From the human T2T-CHM13v2.0 reference genome, Homo sapiens, in the NCBI RefSeq assembly GCF_009914755.1, contig NC_060947.1: 64,000 nucleotides of DNA; one strand, 5' to 3'. Each line of letters begins with the position of its first letter. The first letter of the stretch is position 1. This document shows positions 48,668-64,000 of this stretch, in pieces. A model generated the notes under the pieces. That model ran no database searches and was not told where the DNA came from. It saw only the letters and a list, made by a program, of their open reading frames with translations. A program made the translations under genes and the position numbers.

Positions 48668-49647
48668 GTATCTGAGGCTACCCCACAGCACTCTCTGGCA
48701 TTGGTGAGCACCTGGGAGCAGTGGGCCCAGGGTGCGAGGGGGATAAGGGCATTGGGGAGCTGGGGCAGGGTGTACTGAAGTTCCCTTCGGTAGAGAGCTA
48801 GGTCTGTGGGAGAGGCACACCAACAATGCAGGGCAGGGTGGTGGTGGGGGGGTAGGGGGGCAGTGAGAATGGAGGGCCTGAGGACAGGGGCAAAGCCCAA
48901 AACACCAATTTCCTTTCCTGGCACCAAGCCGATTCCCGGCCGGAAATGGACGAGGAGGGATCGGGGAAAAGAGAAGTATGAGTCCCCCCTTCTCCACCCT
49001 ATCCCTGCTTCCTTTCCTCCCCGCCAGGAGTAGCCTCTGTCCTCCCCCAACCCAGGGCCCAGCTCTCCAAGAAAGACCAGACTGGGCTACTAAGAAACCA
49101 TTACTCAGGCACCTGCCTGCCTATGCCTGATTTGTTCACTGCAGTGGAGGAAGCAGGGGCTCTGGGGAGGGTAATGGCCCAGACATTGAGATTTTGTATT
49201 TGCTCTAATAGTGGCAGGATGTGGAAATGACCCCCCAAGTGTTGGGGTGCCACCCAGGTGAGGTATCTTGGTTGTAAACAGTTATTACAGCCAGGAATTT
49301 CTTTCTCGGCTGTGGTGTCAGAATGGCAGACCTGAAAAACCTGCCGGGCCCGCCTCTGGGTGTGGGGGGTGCCCTCTACTGCTCTCCCGCTGCAGCTGGT
49401 CCCTGGGACAGGATGGGGGCCATGGGGTCACTGGTAGGGGGAGACCTGGGGTTGGTGTGGGGGTGTGCTGGGGAGGGGTTTGCTGGGATCCCTTTCTCGC
49501 CATCTGGGCGGGGATGAGGCAGCTCCAGGCCCCAAGGCAAGTATGCAGAGGGCAGGTGAGCGGAGGCAGAAGCTTAGGAACTGGGTGTGGGGGTGTGGGG
49601 CGTTGACTGTGTCTAGCCTGCCCAGTGACCCCATGACTCATACTCTA

Positions 49648-50054
<407 letters not shown>

Positions 50055-51557
50055 GAATCGAAGCAGCCCAGCATGGAATTGGGATTGGATTGGGACCAAT
50101 GCTGGCAAGGGGGACCGTGGATGGAGTTGGGTTCCTGTGGGGGTAAAGGAAGGTTCCAGGGAACCCTGTGAGAGTTCCTTGGGCCTAAATGGGGGCTGGG
50201 AAAGTTGGAGCCCCAGTGATCTGGGATGTGGAGGAACCCCTGCCATGCTGGGAAGTGTCAGACCTTAGATGAGTGGGGATGTGGGGCCTGGGTTTGTCAA
50301 AAGGCTTTAGGGACTGATCCCCACCCCTGCTGTTGAAGGCAGGGCACCACTGCTTCAAGAGAGGGGTACAGGCCCTATGGGGCAGGCAGGAGGACTGCAG
50401 AGAAACATGACACCTTACAAGCAGCTTGGCCTCACCCCACAATACACAGATGGGGAAGGGGCTTGAACCCATGCCTCCTTGGTTGGCTGGGTCTTCCTCA
50501 CACCAGGCTAACATGTCATGACAAGCTGCCGACTTCAAGGTAGGTGATAATGGAGCTCTGTGGCCCCATAAAGCCCTCCCAGTCACCTGCCACCTAGGTT
50601 AGGCCAGGTGGTGGGAGGTGATGTCACTCAGCTGCCCAGCTGGGGACTGAGCATGATGTGGAAGGAAGGGAGCAAACTCCAGAGGAGGGGTGGCCAGCCA
50701 AGGCAGGTTCCATGGTCAGCTGAGCCATCGGGGGCAGAGAAGGAGGCAGGAGGCAGGTGGTTCGTTATTTGCAGCTGTGGACTTTGCTTCTCACAAATCC
50801 CAGCAGGAGGACTTCCCTACACTAGGCTCAGGACAGGCTGTCATGGCAAGAGGGGCTGGAGGGACCCTGGGTCAAGTGAACATTCTCCTTGCTACACTAG
50901 AGCTACAGAATGGAGTTGGGACAAGCACAGACCCACAGATCTGAGCTTGAACCCTGGCTCCACCGCCTCCTCATTTACTTACTCTATCTTTTATTCATTC
51001 AGCTGGCACCCATTCATTGAGCACTTGTGTGTACAGCCATGTTCAGGGTGCTGGTGATGCTGCTGAAAATGGGACAGATAATGTTTCCTGTCCTCGTCGA
51101 TGTTCCAGGAGGCACAATCTCTTGTTGGACAACCGTTTGTGAGAGGATATAACTGTGGAAGTGATAATTAAGTTCTAGAATGATAAGTGTGATGCAGGGG
51201 CTGGGGTGGTGAGAGGTTGAAGAAAGCACTTCAGGCAGCATCCACAGCCTGGGCAAAGGCCCTGAGGCCTGAGGGACCAGGGAGCTTATGAGGAAGTTGG
51301 TGGAGTTAGAGCGGTTCTCATGAGCGAGAGTGTAGGACCAGAGGGGTGGGCCTGGTTTATGTCTGTGGCTATGGGCCAGTTATTTCACCTCTGTGCCTTC
51401 CTTTCCTCATCTCTAAAATGGGGATACGAATCTTTCCGGGTGGCTCTGAAGATTGAGTGTGGCATCATAGGTAACTGTTGCAGGCACCCAGGTGTTGACT
51501 GCGTGTCCATTGTTGTTATAGTTGGTTGAATCTGTCCCATTAATTCTCCTTCCCCAG

Positions 51558-51703
51558 GCAAGACTCGTGGCTGTGACCCATGGGCCTCTGAGGAGGCGTT
51601 GTAAGTCCGCCCAGCTCCCCACTTGCTGTGCTCTCACTCAATGCGAAGGGAACCAAGGTACCAGGGCCAAGTGGGTCCAGACATCCACACGGATTCTGAA
51701 AGG
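51558..51703 (+). CDS. CCDC120: CCDC120 upstream exon; ATG at 51641 can encode an N-terminal extension (MRREPRYQGQVGPDIHTDSER) if spliced at the GC donor at 51704
   Basis: Acceptor ttctccttccccAG at 51556-57; competing donors GTAAGT (51601), GCAGGT (51704), GTCAAG (51708); the phase-0 join to 51834 is open into the core ATG. Confidence 0.65.
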
Positions 51704-51875
51704 GCAGGTCAAGCAGGCACGTGGGGCCCAGGTTACCCCTTATTCCCCGCTGTGGCATGGGAAGCTGGGAAGGGCTGGGGGTTGGGGTATCATGGGATGT
51801 GCTTCCTTAACGGTTCCTTTGTGTCACTGCCAGACTTTGTCCAGCCATCAGCCACGGCCTCTCGACAGCACCAAG

Positions 51876-57716
<5,841 letters not shown>

Positions 57717-58147
57717 TGGGTAGGGGTCTCGTAAGGCAGATGGCGAAGATATCCAGGCCAGGGAGTGGCTAGTCATGATAGCTAATGAATTGGACCATGA
57801 GGAAACTAGCTGCTGTGATGGCACAGGGTCACTCTACTGCACATGACCTGCATTAGTCCATGGGGTCCTGGTGGAGGGGATCTTGGGCACTGGTAGCAGC
57901 AATTCTTTATCAAGTTATAGGCTGAAGATGAGCCTTGAAGCCAGGGTGCCGGGAGGAAGGGACATCTCATGCCCCTTGCTGTTTTCTTCCTTTTTTCTCC
58001 ATGCCCCAGAGCCTGAAAGTGCTGTCCTGTGCCTGCCTCCACCTCTTTAACGAGCCTCTTTTCCTTTCTTTTTCTGTGTCTTGTCTGTCTTTTCTTCTTC
58101 TTGTCTTCCCCGCCCTGTCCTCCGGATTCCTGCTACCCCTTCTAAAG

Positions 58148-58262
58148 ATACTACGCGGACTTCCTGTATCCCCCGGAGCTGAGCGCTCGTTTAAGTGACC
58201 TGACGCTAGAGGGGGAGCAGTCCTCCAGTTCTGACACCCAGACCCCGGGGACACTGGTCTGA
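58148..58262 (+). CDS. CCDC120: CCDC120 alternative terminal coding exon (YYADFLYPPELSARLSDLTLEGEQSSSSDTQTPGTLV*)
   Basis: Donor CAG|GTATGG at 57694/57695; long polypyrimidine tract 58055-58143 and acceptor ctaaAG at 58146-47; frame continues; gives 661 aa. Confidence 0.88.
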
Positions 58263-58812
58263 CCCCTTCTGATATGTCCCTTGTTGGCCTGGGCACGATT
58301 CCAATCTGGGGAGCACACAGCTGACCTCGCTGGGCCCTGGGGTGTGGTTGCTCTCAGTCCTGAGCAGAGTGCGCCAACCTAATCTTCCAAGGCCCCTGGC
58401 TCCCCGTAGGCCCAGGAAGGTGTCTGACACCCTGCTTCTTCTCTCACACTGTGCTGGGGACTGGGGGCCCTCAGCTAGCTTAAAAGAGGGGGGATGATGT
58501 CATGGGGACCCCAAGCCCCTTCCTCCATTTATGTTTACAGTTGTGACTTAGGTATTCACTGTCTTCCTCCAACACTAGGCGTTTTACAAAAGGGAAACTG
58601 TGATCTCATCTGGTTGGGTTCATTCCTGTTCCCATGCCCAACCAGGTTCCATTCAGGAACCCCCTCCATAAAATGGACCATATCGGGTCTCAGGGCCATT
58701 TAGGGCAGCCAGGAGACTCCGGTGTGAACAGAAATCCCTGCCACGCATCGCCAGGGCAGTTGGGGCAGTGGGCTCTCTGCCCACACTTGGAAGGACTGCA
58801 GTCTGGGTGGGA

Positions 58813-59385
<573 letters not shown>

Positions 59386-59555
59386 CAATCCACCACTTTT
59401 TAAGCAAACCCACACAAGTTGTGTTTTCTATGATACCTGTCTGTGATTTTCGGAGCTGGGGGTTCCCCTACCCCCTTTTCCTGGCGTTAAGCTTTTCTTT
59501 TTATACCAGTGGATCTGGACCCAAGACATTACCCACACTGGAAGGGGATTTGTAT

Positions 59556-59561
59556 AATAAA
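59556..59561 (+). terminator. CCDC120: CCDC120 polyadenylation signal AATAAA
   Basis: TGTATAATAAA (UGUA motif immediately upstream) followed by GT-rich sequence at ~59578-59600. Confidence 0.88.
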
Positions 59562-59829
59562 TGTGTAAACTGAACCCATGTGTTGCTGCTCTGTCTGCCT
59601 CACCTTGAGGACCCACACCTCTAGTCAAGACCAGATAATATATTTTTGCAGGAAAAAACATACCTTGGGAATAGCCTGTGATAGTGTCATCTGTTTTGAC
59701 TTTACTTGCTTTGTGATGTGGGGCAACTTCTTTGCCTGTCTGCACTCAGATTTCTAGCCAACCTCAAGCAATAACTCTTGGTAATATAAATGGTGATAAC
59801 AAAGACTCTGTCCTTAACCTCCCTATACA

Positions 59830-60725
<896 letters not shown>

Positions 60726-60908
60726 CTTCCCTGTGCTTTAATGCTGATCCAGAGGTCATAAGTTCAAGGAAGGGCCTCAGAGATCACCTCTTCAGCCCAC
60801 ATATTCAGGAAGAGTCTAGCAGAATTGAAAAGTAGGCCACTTCTGTCCTTTGAAATGTACAAGGACTTTACCCAGGAGGCTCAAATTGGCATGAGAGATG
60901 CAACAGGC

Positions 60909-60914
60909 TTTATT
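60909..60914 (-). terminator. PRAF2: PRAF2 polyadenylation signal AATAAA
   Basis: tttatt on the + strand, ~690 nt past the stop codon. Confidence 0.85.
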
Positions 60915-61595
60915 GTTGCAGCAACACTAACATATACGCCCCATTCCCTGCTGAGGCCTGTCCCCACCTCACCCCTTGGTTGTCGATGGTGTGGAACATT
61001 GGGGTGAGGGGCAAAATGCCTAAGCAGAGCTGGAGGGAGGCAAATGGGACTGGTGAGGGTCGGGATCACCTGGACCAGGGGTCCAACAGTCAGGATACCC
61101 GACTCCATCCACACAGGGGCATGGAACACTTGGGTTCTGAGTTCAAGATTTGGCAATGTCTTGACCTGGGTTGGAAGGTAGGGTGGGGTCTGGAAAAGCT
61201 TTGGTCCAGGGTTCAAGATTTGAGAGTGCCTTGCTCCAGGCCCCAGTTTGGGGATGAGCATGGAGAAGGGTGGATGGGAGTGTCTCTGGGTTCACAATTT
61301 GAAATTGGCCATGGATGCTCTGGCCTGAAGCCCCAGTTTTGGGGCTGGATGTAGGTGGCTCTTGGTCCTAGGTTCAAGGCTGGGGAAGACTCTTGTCCCT
61401 AGGTAATGGGGGCTGGGTGTGAGGGATATCTTAGTTTGGGGCTGGCGTGGGGGTAGGGCGGTCACAGATGTCCTGTTTTGTTTGGGCAGGGGGCTCTAGG
61501 CTCCTGTTTTAAGTGCTGGGAAAGGGCTCTGGGTCCCAATTATGGGCTGGGGGTGGGGTGGTATTCTCCAGGTCCTGGGTACAGATCCCAGGGGC

Positions 61596-61735
61596 CTAGG
61601 ATCCAGCCTCCTGCTCTTGTCCCAGTGCCTCTAGTAGCAGGCCCATTGGCGTCCGCTTGAGACCAATGCTCTCGATCTTGTTCTCAATCTTGTTCTTAAG
61701 GTTGCGCAGGCGCAACGAGGCGTGCACCAGGATCA
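61596..61735 (-). CDS. PRAF2: PRAF2 exon 3 coding part (ILVHASLRLRNLKNKIENKIESIGLKRTPMGLLLEALGQEQEAGS*)
   Basis: Acceptor cccacAG; TAG at 61598-61596; 140 nt. Confidence 0.97.
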
Positions 61736-63714
61736 CTGTGGGCGGCACCGAGAGGGGTGGTCAGTGGAATAGACCTCAGCCTGCAGCCAACCGGGGCCCA
61801 CCGAAGGGAATTGGCGCGCAGGCAGGCCAATGGAGTGGTGAGCAGCCAGGACGCCTCAGATACTGAAAGCGTGGCCGAGTAATTGGCTTGGCAACGTGGG
61901 CATGGCCAGGGAAGACGCCCGGTAACGGGGACGTGGCCAGTGGAAGGCACTTAACACCAAGAGTGAGATAGGAAAGGCGATAATAAAAGGGGTGTTCCCA
62001 GAAGGGGGAACGAAGCCCGGGAAGGCGCTTTTAGCGGGGGCGTGGCGAGGCCCTCGGGTTTCCCAGCCCCCTCTCAACCCGGGGACCGGCAGGGCTGGCC
62101 TGGTGCCTTAAGCATGCTCTGGCTGCTTTCCTGGCTATCTCGGGGTAGTGGAGACTCACGAAGCACCGGCCCGGCGATGCTGAACAGGAAGGTGCAAGCG
62201 CCGCCCGCGACCCAGAGCACCAGGAGGCCGACGGCAAGCACTGCGGCCAGGCAGGCTGCAGGGTGGCTGCGGCGGCAGCGGCGCACAGCTGCGCGGGTCT
62301 CAGCTGCCCACACCAGCACGCCGAGGGCCACCGCCACTACCAGCGCGCTCAGGAGCGTATGAAGTGGCCGCACGTACCTGCGGGTACAAGGGAACCAAGC
62401 TAGCCGGCCGGGCGGAGAGACGGCCTCCGGACCACCACCCACCCTGGGCCCCAAGAGCCAGGGTCTCCCGTCTCCGGACACTCCAGCCTGGCACATCCTC
62501 CCACCAGCCCTATCTCCAGCAGGCCCATCTGCCAGGGCTCCCGACTCACCCTTGTAGACCCCTCCTTTCCTCCTTGTCAATTCCACTGTCCTGTCTTCCT
62601 CAGGTCCCCGCTTCAGGCCCTCCCATCCTGCTAGACACTCCCCACACCCCCGGGCTCCCAACACTTCCCTGGACTTTCCTTCCGACTCTGCCCCCGTAGG
62701 GCCCCTCATCAGCCTGCCCGCAAGCTCCCCCTTTAACACCAGCCCCTGCAAATCCCTCTTTCAGGCCTTCTGTCTTCACACGTTCCCCTCTCCCCAGGCC
62801 TAGGGTCCTTATAGAACCGCCCTCCAGGCTCCCATTTCCCTATAGATTCCTCCCTCCATCATTGCTAGGACCTCTTCCAGGTCGTCAGCCCCACTCTGAA
62901 CTTTCAGCACTGCTCAAGTCCTTCCTCCAGATTCTCCATCCCTCTCTGGTCTCAGGCTTTCCAACCATGGATCCTCCTCCTGGGCCCAAGTTCCCCAACA
63001 GGTACCTGCCCCTGGCGCCTTCCAATCATAGCCAGGCTCCCCTCCAAGACCGGATCCCCAATAAATACATCTTCCAAACCCTCCAACTTTACCGTCTATT
63101 TCCCGGTCTCTGCCCTAAGTACTCCAGGGTCGGCCTCAATCTGGCCCCATCATTCACATCACACCCCCCCTACGCCCCTCAAGTACTCTCATGTCCCCCT
63201 TTCGGGCCCTCCTTTTTTTCCGGTTCACCTTCCAGCCCACTTTCCCCTTCAGTCCCACACTTGTCTCCATCCTCCCCATATCTTCCTTGCAGACCCCCAT
63301 CCCCCGCAGGCCCTCCTCATCAGCCAGGCTCCATCTCCCTGAGGCCCTCCTTATAACTAGGCTCCACCTCCTTCAAGGCCCCCCTTCCAAGCCCCTCAGG
63401 CCGTCCATCTCTACTGACTTCGCCCTTCCCGGCCTTGCACCTCCCTCAGGTTCCCCGTCCTGGTCCTCAAAGACCTGTGGGTCTACCCCCACGCTCTGCA
63501 GACGTCCCTGGCCAACCGGCGCCTCCCTCCCTCACCCGGCGAGAGCGAGGCCGATGCCGAAGCAGAGAAGGTAGTTGGTTTGGTAGTAGAGGAGGTTGTT
63601 GATGACGCGGTGGCACCATCGCTGCGGGTCGCATGGATCCGGAGCCGCCAGACGCGCCGACCCCAGAACAAAGTCGTCCAGGGCGCGTAGCGGTGGCAGC
63701 CGCACCTCCGACAT
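61596..63714 (-). CDS. PRAF2: PRA1 domain family member 2 (JM4), spliced CDS span, 3 exons, 178 aa
   Basis: Exons 179+218+140 = 537 nt, GT-AG introns. Starts MSEVRLPPLRALDDF, has PRA1 motifs NNLLYYQTNY and HASLRLRN, ends LGQEQEAGS*. Confidence 0.98.
62160..62377 (-). CDS. PRAF2: PRAF2 exon 2 (YVRPLHTLLSALVVAVALGVLVW...FSIAGPVL, hydrophobic segments)
   Basis: Acceptor cccgcAG, donor GTgagt; 218 nt. Confidence 0.97.
63536..63714 (-). CDS. PRAF2: PRAF2 exon 1 coding part
   Basis: ATG at 63714-63712; donor GTgagg; matches ORF 63532..63714. Confidence 0.97.
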
Positions 63715-64000
63715 CCTGCCGGTTAATGTGGCTGGACCAGCCAGGAGGGGGCCGGACTACAACAACCGTTACGCCCCTCGCCACCGCGGGGCACACCGGG
63801 AAATGGAGTCTGGGCTGGGCAGCTTTTTCCTAACCTCCTAGGTGGATTGCGCAGGGGCGGCGATGCACGTGACCGGAAAAGCAACTAACACGCCGCTCAG
63901 GAAAGCAGCAAAGGCTGCCGGGAAATCAAGCCTTTGCCACGAAGCGAGATGCTCCCAACCCTTAAAACTGCCATCCACCCCCGCGCGGGGCGCCGCAGGG
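63715..64000 (-). promoter_or_regulatory. PRAF2: PRAF2 CpG-rich promoter with E-box/CLEAR-like GTCACGTGCA (63873-63864), adjacent CCGGAAA ETS-like site and GC box
   Basis: CpG-dense sequence immediately upstream of the ATG; motifs read directly. Confidence 0.75.

Noticed and set aside
48403-49050. 215-aa minus-strand ORF in the CCDC120 5' region
   Set aside because: Non-ATG start, low-complexity GC-rich sequence ending in an Alu monomer; no domain.
50760-50880. Possible extra non-coding CCDC120 exon after ttatttgcAG
   Set aside because: The acceptor is plausible but there is no convincing donor; it cannot be supported from sequence alone.

Overview
Human (or very closely related primate) genomic DNA recognisable as Xp11.23. 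Three intact multi-exon protein-coding genes can be rebuilt from splice signals with consistent reading frames. TFE3 is on the minus strand (10 coding exons, 32830->19746, 1728 nt = 575 aa, MiT/TFE bHLH-LZ factor). CCDC120 is on the plus strand (core CDS 51876->57716 = 630 aa, with an alternative last exon and a possible N-terminal extension). PRAF2 is on the minus strand (3 exons, 63714->61596 = 178 aa). The first ~17.5 kb and 34-42 kb are mostly Alu elements nested in old L1, MLT1 and MER1B copies. I found no new gene system. The best second-look items are: a near-perfect 1.1-kb Alu-Alu-mediated tandem duplication (6042-8277); a 116-bp duplication in the CCDC120 3'UTR; a perfect ARE in TFE3 intron 2; a minimal uORF in the TFE3 leader; TFE3-type CLEAR/GASE motifs in the neighbouring genes; GC/GT tandem donors and a PDZ-ligand switch in CCDC120; and several degenerate, strand-asymmetric repeat arrays. 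Repeat boundaries and subfamily names were judged by eye and are approximate.
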